Shown: piece by piece, positions 36,222-47,622 of the stretch
Numbering within the stretch: position 1 is the stretch's first letter
Layout of the letters: each line of letters starts with the position of its first letter
Assembly: GCA_040437565.1 (NCBI GenBank)
Contig: JBDOQK010000011.1
Location: 124,001-188,000 of the forward strand
Origin: Albugo candida
Taxonomy: Eukaryota
Length of the DNA: 64,000 nt
Direction: 5' to 3'
Translations under genes and position numbers: made by a program
Notes under the pieces: generated by a model
Told to the model about the DNA's origin: nothing
Seen by the model: only the letters and a program-made list of their open reading frames with translations
Databases searched by the model: none

Positions 36222-37420
36222 ATGGAACGCTTCCAATCGCAAGAATGTCTGATTTGTTTGAATGAGCTACAAACAAATTTGGCTACGATTCAATGTGGTC
36301 ATGTGTTCCACTTAATTTGTATAAAAGAGGCTTTAAAGTATAAGGAGCAGTGTCCAATATGTCGTAAAAGCGCGAGTAGAAGCTTCATTACGCCATTATA
36401 TTTCAATCTATTTGAAGCTTCCGCACATGTCATCAATGTCGTCGACGGCGAAAGTAATGCTGCAGTCGCTATGGCGGATAGTGCAAACGGTCTGTGAATC
36501 ATTCTTTTGCTCATACTTGAAAGTAGTGTATTGACTGTAGTAATGAAAAGTTCAAAGCTTGACAGCTCGAATGCACTGGCAAAAGGATCAAATGCACGCT
36601 CAATCGCACAAAATCAAGCGACTACGTGATCATTTAAAGATTCTATCAGCTGAAAAGAAATGTTGGGATGAAAAATACGATGAAATTGCGCTGATAAGAA
36701 CAGATTTGATGAACAAAGTTACGAGATATCGCCTGGAAGTTGACCGACAAGCAAATTTGATACAAAGACTTTCGATCAACAAAGCTGTTGCTGAATTTTT
36801 GAGTACAGAAGACCCTATTGTTTTAGAAAGAGAATTGATCGATCCAGGAAATCGCATTTTGGCTCTAAAAAAAGCGTGTACGAAACAAGTCGCTCGAGAG
36901 ATTTAGAATTACAAATTACTTGTGTGATTCCTTAGGTCAATATCGCACTAAACAGTATCACGACGCTGTCAAGGAGAAGAATTCTCTCAAAAGTGCATTA
37001 GAGAAGATGGAACAGCACATACAAAGTCACCACTGTAACATATCTGATGTGAAGAAAAGGAGAATTTCCAAGTCAGTGAGGTCAACGCTTGATGAAAAGA
37101 AGCGAAAATTGATCATTAATATGGAGGAGTATGACAACAATCTTCTCCCTCTGGATGCAGAGCTATCTCATGTCGATACGCGCCCGTATAGCAATCGCTC
37201 GTCTTTTTTTCCAGCCAAACGAAATGGTGGCATTTGTAACACATTCAGTTCATTCACTTCGACCAATACGCTGGGACTAGATCGATTGCATCTTTCTCTG
37301 AACAATAAAGAACACAAGCGAAAAGCAAAGGAAGGAGGGAAGATCACAGATTTTCTGATCTCCAACATGATGTCAAGCCCACAGCACAATGGCCATAAGA
37401 AGGCAAGAAGAGGTGCGTAA
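36222..37420 (+). CDS. N-terminal RING-H2 plus coiled-coil protein (TRAIP-like E3 ligase), 3 exons
   Basis: CLIC...CGHVFHLIC...CPICRK RING, a coiled-coil middle, and a C-terminal 'KITDFL' PIP-box-like motif. Confidence 0.75.
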
Positions 37421-37491
37421 ATCGAACAGAAGTGGCTTAGTCTTACTTTTCATTCCAAGTTTTGTAAAAAATATCAGTCTCGGGGCTGTAT

Positions 37492-40400
37492 TTACTCCAC
37501 TACTTCTGCTGAGGAAGACACTGCGATTGTACATTCCTCTAATTCTTGTGGGGCACATCTGATTTCGATTGCACGCACGGGTGAAGTCAAGCCGAGCGCT
37601 AGCTTGGCTTCATACTTTGATCCAAATACATCGACAGTTGTGTTCGGAATCACCATTTTATATCTGTCGTTTACACGCACACTGATGAAAAAGTAGGCGG
37701 CCAACATGGCCGATATGTGCCAGAAACTATGCACCTATACAAAGGCGTAATTATATCACGCACTAGAAGCATCAAACAATACGCACTATCCAGTAATTGT
37801 GAGCAGACGAAACAAAAAGACAAATTATTGCCGTCGTCCAAGTCATAACGCCAAAGATACCGCTCCGAAAATTGAAATTATTGCTTCCAAATACAAAGCT
37901 TTTCAAAGCGCTACACAGTGTGTTTCAAGTAAATCAGTAAGAAGAAGACGATATACATACACAATTCTGGTCCTCTTCATTCTCCGGAAGCCGAGGATCA
38001 ACTAGCAAGAAGCCTCAATTATAACATCTCTGGGGCTCAACACTTACATAATAAGTCAGCGTCAGGGTGAATTGCACAATTGAAATCAATGCGATCATGA
38101 TCCAATTCCCTGCTGAAGTGGGATCATGCACAGCGATTACAATGCTGGAGATGAAAATCGCCACATGCATCCCTCCCTACAAATATAAAGTGTCGGCGTC
38201 CGACTTATTGATATCAATGCTACTTACTTTGGCTTGCTTTCGTGCTCCAGATAAATGTACGAATAACAACATGATCGAATTGAAAGAGAATGCAAAATCC
38301 ATGGCCTTTCAGAAGTTGTAAGCACATTCAAAATGTATATCTGCTAACAACTCATCCACTTGCCTGGAGAAACTTGTACTCAAAGATACATAGCCATTCG
38401 ACGTCACACGCATGATAGATAGCGGAGACCAAACCAGTCATTGTGAAAAACACACATTCCGCTGCGCAGGTAGAACAAGCAGGCCGTCATGTTTCATTGA
38501 GGATAAAAGCTGGTAAGGGCTTACTGTATAATTTACGCTTCCAACACCGAACACAGACCGGGATGATTGCGAGGTTGGAAAGAATCAAAAAAAGCATCCG
38601 ATGTGTTCGGGCGCTCGACTTCATGGTGAGATCGCCGCATTGTTCTCCACCATATCCATAATGGCAAGAGCACATTCCGTAGTGAAGGCTGGAGTACGTT
38701 TCAGCCATACTGCACTCTCCATGCGTGCTACAAGCTCTTGAATCAGGACATATAGCCGTCCATAATCTTAAATCGATACTCCAAGCTGTTGTCACGCTTT
38801 CGTTTGAAGAGTTTGGTTTCAAGCTATTTGCCACGATAAGGAAATACCACGTTCCAATTTCTGGATATGGAAATGGACCCCACTGAAATTGCTGTAGCTT
38901 CCATTCCCATCCACTTTGTGTTTGGTCGGACATGGATGAATTAGAGGCATTCGATTGAGCGTAGTAAAAGTCGAACAGGGTCGGCGCGGGATAGGCTCCA
39001 ACTCGAGCGTAGATTGAAAAGTTTTGGATATTTGCAGTCAAAAATATGCCTAGAAACATATCGGTGCCTGCGTAACGAGGAGGAAGCTCAACTTGATAGC
39101 CCTGTATGAAAATGTTAGTCTACCTAGAAATAGAGACATTAGAGCGTGCACGTACGATCACTGGGTAGCCAACTCGTCGAGCCACCAGATTTGTATTTGT
39201 GATAGCACTTGGCCCTGAGAAGGTTGCATCCAGAAGATTCTTGCCTTTGAAAGGATTTGTACGCTTCTCACTCAGCTTTGTGAATGCGACGCTGCAGAGA
39301 TTGATACTTCGTGTCTGATTATTGACTCGTATGACTGTTCCATCACTTTTCGAACATGAACGCTAGTCGTATAATTTGTGAGCGACTCGGCACGGCAGAT
39401 GAATGTATACGTACTCCGTACGATGCAATCAGATGAAACACATCTCCAGTAGCATTAACACAAGAGGAATTCGCGCTAGGCTCGCCCTCCAAGTACACAA
39501 TCCAGCGCCTTCACATTATTTAGCTGCTTACATTCAACTTTTCCCAGTGTACTTACCCTGTATGCGGCGCTACGACCTGCAAATTCATGCTTCGATTGTC
39601 ACCATTATGTGCCGCGAGCTGAGGAAGACTGCGATTGCTGATTATTAGCCCTTCGGGAACGTCTTCTCCGTTGGCGACAAGTGGCGCGATTACCAATTTC
39701 AGTGCATTTGGTGAGGATGTTACCACCTACAGCCACGTGACTTATGCTTGAGAATTCTCACCCAATTTTGTTACAGACCCAGACTTCGAGAAACCAAGTT
39801 GGATCACTGATATCAAGGCTATAAATGGCGACCGAGTCCTCCGTGTCAAAGCACCTGAAGTCGGACGAGACCGGCAGAAAACTTGTGGACTGTAAAGACG
39901 TATGTGGCATCCTGATTTTCTCCACGAATGTATCGCATGCCACGCCTTCCAACATAAATGACAGTAAGCGTGAATCTGATGTTCCTCACGTCCACGTACC
40001 CGTGAATAAAGTGTCCAAGCAAGCGGTATAGGTCATTGTGACGTAAAATGATAAGAATGTTGTTTTCCCCACAAAAGTGGTGATGGAACTAAACAAAGAT
40101 CCTCCATGAAGTGCTGCATAATAATGTCCAAGCTAGCATCAATTTGAGAGGAATGAGGCGGATCGAGTGCACAAATAACATCTACCCGCAAATTCTCAAC
40201 CACCATTGCGGAGGAATTTGCTGATTTATTCACGTGTATTATTTGATCATAATTTTCGTTAGAAGGGAAGGAGCCATATTTGAGCACCAAGCTCGGGGGT
40301 GGATTCTCATATAGTTTCCCACGGCTGATGGAAAGGACTGCCTTGACCACACCCGTCTTCACTAATAAAGAAGATTTTAGCGAGATCGATAGTTCACATT

Positions 40401-41595
40401 TTCTAATGAACTCACCTTCAAAATCAAAGTACTCGACTCCGTCAGGACGAATTCGACCATACTGCAAAAGAAAANNNNNNNNNNNNNNNNNNNNNNNNNN
40501 NNNNNNNNNNNNNNNNNNNNNNNNNNNNNNNNNNNNNNNNNNNNNNNNNNNNNNNNNNNNNNNNNNNNNNNNNNTTATTAGCCCTTCGGGAACGTCTTCT
40601 CCGTTGGCGACAAGTGGCGCGATTACCAATTTCAGTGCATTTGGTGAGGATGTTACCACCTACAGCCACGTGACTTATGCTTGAGAATTCTCACCCAATT
40701 TTGTTACAGACCCAGACTTCGAGAAACCAAGTTGGATCACTGATATCAAGGCTATAAATGGCGACCGAGTCCTCCGTGTCAAAGCACCTGAAGTCGGACG
40801 AGACCGGCAGAAAACTTGTGGACTGTAAAGACGTATGTGGCATCCTGATTTTCTCCACGAATGTATCGCATGCCACGCCTTCCAACATAAATGACAGTAA
40901 GCGTGAATCTGATGTTCCTCACGTCCACGTACCCGTGAATAAAGTGTCCAAGCAAGCGGTATAGGTCATTGTGACGTAAAATGATAAGAATGTTGTTTTC
41001 CCCACAAAAGTGGTGATGGAACTAAACAAAGATCCTCCATGAAGTGCTGCATAATAATGTCCAAGCTAGCATCAATTTGAGAGGAATGAGGCGGATCGAG
41101 TGCACAAATAACATCTACCCGCAAATTCTCAACCACCATTGCGGAGGAATTTGCTGATTTATTCACGTGTATTATTTGATCATAATTTTCGTTAGAAGGG
41201 AAGGAGCCATATTTGAGCACCAAGCTCGGGGGTGGATTCTCATATAGTTTCCCACGGCTGATGGAAAGGACTGCCTTGACCACACCCGTCTTCACTAATA
41301 AAGAAGATTTTAGCGAGATCGATAGTTCACATTTTCTAATGAACTCACCTTCAAAATCAAAGTACTCGACTCCGTCAGGACGAATTCGACCATACTGCAA
41401 AAGAAAAGTCAGGATAGTCTCCATGAGAGTTTGCCTAATTTTGACCGTCATCTCTTTCCAATAAGTCATGGCTCCACGTTGGGAATCTGAGACTTTGGCT
41501 AGTACCAAGCAGCAGAGCATAAACGCCAGTGCTTTGGGTCGGCATGTTGAATGGATGGACTGAATCGATCGCATCGAAGACAATTTAAATTCCAT
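37492..41595 (-). CDS. TMEM8/PGAP6-like (DUF3522) EGF-domain multi-pass membrane protein; about 830 bp duplicated across a gap
   Basis: Hydrophobic leader, then CP...CSTHGEC...CSCHYGYGGEQC, LILSNLAIIP, SAIYHACD and HSFWHISAM. Confidence 0.85.
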
Positions 41596-42122
41596 CGGAT
41601 TAATCCAAGAGCCACATTGATACCGAGAAAAAGTATTTCATCGAATGTCTCATCGAGCCAACCACTCGACGAAGGAACAGTAGCCAGAATTCGCTGAATG
41701 AATCTTTGATCTAAGATACATTGAGTCTGTCAGGTAGACAAGACTTTGGTGATTTAATGGAGTACTGTCAGGAATAAGGACGAAAAGAGGAATTGACTAT
41801 CGCAAACGAACATAATAATCGTCGATAAAGATTAGACACAAGGCCTAGTACAAGCAAAATATAATGCCCAAGCGCGACTTAGTCCGTCGTCAAGTGCGCA
41901 TTCTAGAAGTACTTTGCATGCTTCGTGCTTATCAATGAGGCTGTAATTCGTAAAAAGTAGAGACGTCCAGCCGGAATTACATTCTCGCCATTTTTTGACT
42001 GCATCAAGCTTACACAGAATGGNNNNNNNNNNNNNNNNNNNNNNNNNNNNNNNNNNNNNNNNNNNNNNNNNNNNNNNNNNNNNNNNNNNNNNNNNNNNNN
42101 NNNNNNNNNNNNNNNNNNNNNN

Positions 42123-43112
42123 GAATCAGAGGCATTTCTACGTGATCTAGAAGAATTGGACAATCTCTGTGACCGTGAAACGATGGAGTTTGCCATTCTT
42201 TACGCCATCAACGAGCCATCTAGAGGAGGCTGTGATCACGTACGCATCTTGACCCATCAAGACACATCCGCAGGAATTATATCATCAGACTATCTGTCAT
42301 TCCTCAATTCTATGGGCCATCGCGTAAATTTGAATCAACATATTGGGTTTACGGGCACATTGGACAAACAAAACCTAAGTGGAGAGATTCTGTACTACAC
42401 TCGTTATGATTTAGAGATATGCTGTTTTGTGCCGACATTGTCACTCTGTCCTCAAAATTCGGCCAAAGAAGCTCCTCAGCCACAGTTGCTCTCACTGGAG
42501 CCACTTCTTTGCCACATGAACGTGCTCATCATCTGGAACGAATGTCAACAAAAGTATCGCCCAGGAACAGCACTTTGGGAAAGCACGTATCGCTTACCTT
42601 GTCCATTATCGAGCATGATACTACTCATTGAACCACTTGAAAATGATCTGTACTGCGTTCAAGTCTGCCAAAGCTCATTCGATACAACTTTGTTTGGCCA
42701 TAGAGATGCTGTTTCGAGTGAAAATGAAAAGTATCTGGATGAGTGCGAGTTATTTTGTGCACGTGTATTGGGTCCGCTTCAAGATGGTATGGTCGTCAAC
42801 GGGTCTTGGCTTGCTCCTCTAATACGCGCGACAGCCATCAATGCAACTCGTATATCGAGAGGATACCAGAGGTATCAATTTAGTCGCGGCGTAAAGGGTG
42901 CCGGCGTCGCGTTGGGTATTCTGCCGAATGATTCCAATAAGACGACACAAAATGGTCAAAAGCTTCTGAGTGGATATGAGATGAAGAGAGAGTGTGTATT
43001 GGCATCACTCATCGAAAAGCATATGTACGCCAAACTACCAGGAGAATTTTATGGCAGTCTTTTCACAGACGTCAGAAACGGCCACGCTTTCGAGAATCAG
43101 TTTGAGTCATAG
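42123..43112 (+). CDS. 3' part of a Rap/Ran-GAP-domain protein (RalGAP-alpha/tuberin-like); 5' part lost in gap 42023-42122
   Basis: 'RDLEELDNLCDRET..FAILY...YLSFLNSMG...HIGFTGTLD...VLIIWNE...GPLQDGMVV...LAPLIRATAINA'. Confidence 0.75.
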   Translation, partial: ESEAFLRDLEELDNLCDRETMEFAILYAINEPSRGGCDHVRILTHQDTSAGIISSDYLSFLNSMGHRVNLNQHIGFTGTLDKQNLSGEILYYTRYDLEICCFVPTLSLCPQNSAKEAPQPQLLSLEPLLCHMNVLIIWNECQQKYRPGTALWESTYRLPCPLSSMILLIEPLENDLYCVQVCQSSFDTTLFGHRDAVSSENEKYLDECELFCARVLGPLQDGMVVNGSWLAPLIRATAINATRISRGYQRYQFSRGVKGAGVALGILPNDSNKTTQNGQKLLSGYEMKRECVLASLIEKHMYAKLPGEFYGSLFTDVRNGHAFENQFES

Positions 43113-43313
43113 AGATAGTAGGAAAAGAATATGGACGTTGATTTTGTAACTAAATCTAACTAACTGTTAGGTTGCATTTCGGTATCGNNNNNNNNNNNNN
43201 NNNNNNNNNNNNNNNNNNNNNNNNNNNNNNNNNNNNNNNNNNNNNNNNNNNNNNNNNNNNNNNNNNNNNNNNNNNNNNNNNNNNNNNCGTTTGGTTGGCA
43301 AGTCTTAACGAAA

Positions 43314-44398
43314 ATGACGACATATTCCGCCAAAAGCGGGTTATCCAAATCGTGGAAGGTAGTACAATCACATGAAGGATTCTATACCGGTGGCAAGGTA
43401 TCACTTGTCCATTCTTTTGGATTGCGTGACAGCGCACATGAGCGACAACAAGAAGACCACAGTATAATCGCTTGTTTATTTCATGACGACGTCGCCATTG
43501 TGAATGCTTCTACCGGTCAGCTGATCAGAACTCTGCAGCGAGATGTACAGGTGATAACAAGAATTTGAATGCGCTCATTATTTATTGTGATGATACGCTT
43601 CTATGCAGGACGAAGAGCGAGAATCCTTGGTCGTCTTTGCTGTTCGACCATTTGAGAAGCAAGTAGCTACCTCCGGAAGGAATTTTCTGCTTCGCTTGTG
43701 GGACCTGGACACCTATACGTGTATTCGCACGATAAGAGTAAGTAGAACGATTTATTGAAGCGAAATGACCTCAAGTTATATAATCTATAGGCGCACAATA
43801 GTGCGGTGTTGGCAATGGAATTCGATCCTACGGGCACCTTGCTTGCTACTGGAGGAAGTGATCGAAGTGTTCGTGTGTTTGATATCAATCAGGCATACTG
43901 CACGCATCATTTTCAGCAACATTGTGGTATTGTGACCCTGGTGCGATTTCATCCAGACCCAAAGCGACTACATCTGTTCTCTTGCGGTGACGATAATACC
44001 GTGCGAATGTATGATCTCTTCAGCCAAACTCAAGTAGCTTGCATCAGTGAGCATATCAGCACTCCAACGTGCCTTTCATTTTCGAGTGACGGATACACCT
44101 TGTTTTCTGCTGGTCGCGATCAAATCATTCATGCTTGGGATCTTCGAAATAACGTGTCGATTCAAACGGTCGTTGCAAATGAGGGTGTGGAAGGGCTAGT
44201 AGTTTTACCCAGCGATTTCGAATGGTTAAACCGCAGAATGAAAAAAAGCGGCATTCGAAGCGATTCGAGCGCAGTAGGTTCTGTGGCGCCAATTTGCTTT
44301 GTGACTGCAGGAGCTCACGGCATGTTACGAGTTTGGAAGCAAACCAACGAGTCTTTCGAAATTGTATATGAGCAAATATCGGAAGCAAAAAATACGCA
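43314..44398 (+). CDS. UTP13: U3 snoRNP WD40 protein UTP13/TBL3, 5' part, running into a gap
   Basis: FYTGGKV N-terminus; 'MEFDPTGTLLATGGSD..VRVFD....YCTHHF..H.GIV..VRFHPD' and 'LFSAGRDQI..WDL'. Confidence 0.85.
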
Positions 44399-44498
44399 NN
44401 NNNNNNNNNNNNNNNNNNNNNNNNNNNNNNNNNNNNNNNNNNNNNNNNNNNNNNNNNNNNNNNNNNNNNNNNNNNNNNNNNNNNNNNNNNNNNNNNNN

Positions 44499-47300
44499 TA
44501 TGAAAGGAATGGCCATTTCACTAGTGTAGCGTGTTTAGTAACTGTACACAGCGTGCGAGCATCATCTAAGCTCACATATGGAGCGGTATGCGACAAGGTC
44601 CGTCCTAATTAGTGTACCGACGCTATCCAGCGCTAAATCTCTTGTTTACGTTGCAATTCATGGGATGATCACAGACGGGACACTGGCATGCGAGATCGTG
44701 GCAATACAATTTCAAAGTGTACTCATGATCATCTAAACATTCTTTGCTCATGGAAACGCTTTATACTTTTATAGGTTCCAGGAAATGGTTCCAGGTGGCT
44801 CTTACCAATTCGAAATCGATCGTGAGTGTGATGAACTCGCAGGACATCTATTCTAGAATAAAGCATGCAGGCTTCCGAAATAAAAGTGAGGCATGATATA
44901 TAGCTTCTAACTGGCCACTAACGGCACTATATGAAAACGTTTATATTATATTTCAAACCACATGTTTATAGGAAAGATGCATAGATGTAATGACACACAA
45001 TACACCTTGTAACGACGTGATTACATAATAGTAATCTTCACGATGGCCGAATATAAGCCCGCAATTTCTAACCCAAACGTAGAAAGGGCAGAATATGTGA
45101 GAAAAAGAATTGTGATGAGTCTCATACAAAAACACCGTCCTAGTTTTCTAAGTTGGCCAGAAACTAAATGAAGGGGGGTTTTGTCCCATTTTTGTGAAAA
45201 TGGTACAACTCGACGGACTTGATTCATCTTTCTTTGAAAGCAAAATAAATGTCAGCACTCCCGCAGATCGGACCAGTCGAGTCACAAACTCGTCATTTAT
45301 TTTCGAACTGGTCAGATGAACATCAAGCACTTGATCTTTGGGTTACTTCCGTTGCAAAGTTATGGTCGCTTCGACAAAGCCGAAGCGGACCGTACAAAAA
45401 AGGAATTCGAGAAAGCGATCGCAGGTACCGGGTCTGTAAATTTTTTCGACAAGGTGTTCAATACAATCCCCAATATTTATGACGGAATGCAATGGATTGC
45501 AACATTTGATTTGGACGGGACTCTAATTGATGCCTCAATTATTGATGCATTACTCGCATATCAGTTGAAAATCAATAAGTACGCTTTCAATAAGGACGAT
45601 TTTGGCGCTGTGTTTGGATATGAAGGAGTGAAAGATAAAGAATGCAAACCGCCGAAAGAGGTATCGGTCAAAAGAGAGGATGGCAGCTCAATGAGGATTG
45701 ACTTCGAAAAAATTGTAGCCAATATAAATAAATATTTTGTTCCAGGTGGCGATTATAAGGAGGATATAGTTCAAGAGCTTTTTGCGAGGTGGTCTTATGC
45801 GAGTTATCTTCATATGAAGGACAAGAAAAATTGCAACTACTTGATGACTACAATACAATACAGACTGATGTATAAAATGGAAATGAAAGTCAGGAAGGAT
45901 CTTGTTAAACATATGTTCGCAAGTAAAAAAAAGGCGAGTCCTGAGAAGGATACGATATACACAATCGGCGAATCAAATCCTCAACAATTTAATTTTCGAA
46001 CAAGAATGTCCAAAGCGTTCAGTGAACAGGTCGCGTTGATAAAAGCACTCCGCGCTCATAATGTCGAAGTGCATCTGAATACTGCATCACATTGTCTGTA
46101 TGCGCATGGTGCGAATGAAGAATTGGAAATCGGGATCGACCCGAAAAATGTGCATTGCTCCTCTCCCGTCGGAGAAAAGATAGCTTGGAATGACCCTACG
46201 ATAAAAGAAGGAGAAGCCGGGGATGAGGGTATGATACAAGGAACCGGTCGCCCCAATTTGTCCAGAAATAAAGCAGAAACAATCAACCAATTGGGAAAGA
46301 ATAAGAAGCAGTTGATCGCAGGTGGTGACGACTGGTTCGGGGATTCAGATATGCTTTTGGGCACATTGAAGCAAGGTGGGTTCGCGGTGGTTTTTTGGCC
46401 AGAGATAAAAAAACCAATACTGAACGAAAATTGGAAAAACTTATATCTAAACCTTCAAGACCGTGTATTGATCCAATATTACGATGCAGATGGTTGGATC
46501 AAAGGGCACTCGTCTTCTGCGACAGCACAGGAGATATGAACGGGCTATAACGACGTGAAAGAAGATTACCACACATAAGTAGGTCATCAATATATCCCCG
46601 GTTGAATATATTGCTTTATAACCATAAGTCTAAGCCACCGACCTAGCTACAATCTTTGTATAACGTTTCTGAATATTATTCATTGCGAAAATCGTCGTGG
46701 AAGAGCGGAAACATTCGATGACGAATCAAGGTAGGCTTCTTGCGCCCATAACGCGAATCTGAGTACAACAAGGCACCTGTTATTTGTAACGATAGAACGA
46801 TGTCAACATGCGTTTCTATGAGCCTAAAACACCGGATCCCCTCACTAAATACGCTATGAGCGATGATACGCAACGTTCTCATGTAGGCCATCTGCAGAAG
46901 AGAAGTCTATAGACGCAGTGTGATGATAAGCGATCGGACAGGAGGATGATACCAAGGGAATGGCGCGGATAACATTCTGCCTACAACACGCCATGATCCT
47001 ATTTCTTGCTTAGAGGTTCGGATAAAATTAACTGCGGGCAGGATCGGGCGCCTGGATTTTACTCACTACCCGTTGCATTGATCGCCATTTCCACAGGGTA
47101 TGCATTTTGAGAGGAATGAATCCCTATTAATAGACTTGAAAACCTCAAAACGTGCGAATTCCAATAAATATAAGTAGAGACAGAATTATTTTAATTTTAC
47201 TCCATCTGCTCGAAAGATGCAATGCCGAGAAATATACGAACAATCAAAGAGGGAGCCCTTCTGTATTTTTGCATCTGTTAGTTTTTGTATCCCAGTTGCG
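44499..47300 (+). repeat. Direct segmental repeat, copy A (HAD gene with flanks), homologous to 51139-54478
   Basis: Upstream about 800 bp is highly similar (e.g. GCGGTATGCGACAAGGTCCGTCCTAATTAGTGTACCGAC in both); downstream about 750 bp is recognisably but less similar. Confidence 0.9.
45316..46539 (+). CDS. Putative secreted HAD-superfamily phosphatase, paralog 2 (intronless, 407 aa)
   Basis: Leader MNIKHLIFGLLPLQSYG; motifs FDLDGT, NTAS, NKA and GGDDWFGD. Confidence 0.85.
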   Translation: MNIKHLIFGLLPLQSYGRFDKAEADRTKKEFEKAIAGTGSVNFFDKVFNTIPNIYDGMQWIATFDLDGTLIDASIIDALLAYQLKINKYAFNKDDFGAVFGYEGVKDKECKPPKEVSVKREDGSSMRIDFEKIVANINKYFVPGGDYKEDIVQELFARWSYASYLHMKDKKNCNYLMTTIQYRLMYKMEMKVRKDLVKHMFASKKKASPEKDTIYTIGESNPQQFNFRTRMSKAFSEQVALIKALRAHNVEVHLNTASHCLYAHGANEELEIGIDPKNVHCSSPVGEKIAWNDPTIKEGEAGDEGMIQGTGRPNLSRNKAETINQLGKNKKQLIAGGDDWFGDSDMLLGTLKQGGFAVVFWPEIKKPILNENWKNLYLNLQDRVLIQYYDADGWIKGHSSSATAQEI

Positions 47301-47302
47301 GA

Positions 47303-47622
47303 CTTCAGCCAAGAAGCTTCTCGGCCATCGTCGCTATCATCGAAGTCTGTTCTCTGTCAAATGAATATGCTCTAGCTCGAACAAATGTTAAGAAAAGTAT
47401 CGCAGGAACAGCACTCTGAGGAAGCACTTACTGCTTACCTTGTCCATTATCGAGCATGATACTACTCATTGAACCACTTGAAAATAATCTGTACAGCGTT
47501 TATGTCTGCATAAGCACGTTCTAAACAACCTTGCTTGGCTATCGAGATGCTGTTCCGAGTAAAAATGAAGAGTATTGGGATGAGTAAGAGTCACTTTATG
47601 CACATGTGCTGGTCCACTACAA
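47303..47622 (+). pseudogene. Degenerate duplicated fragment of the GAP-domain gene (copy of about 42458-42783)
   Basis: Shares GCTTACCTTGTCCATTATCGAGCATGATACTACTCATTGAACCACTTGAAAAT exactly with about 42592-42644. Flanks are diverged, with indels and stops in the original frame. Confidence 0.85.

Noticed and set aside
39642-41407. Two copies of TMEM8-like exons
   Set aside because: Identical overlap of about 830 bp around gap 40475-40574; assembly artefact.
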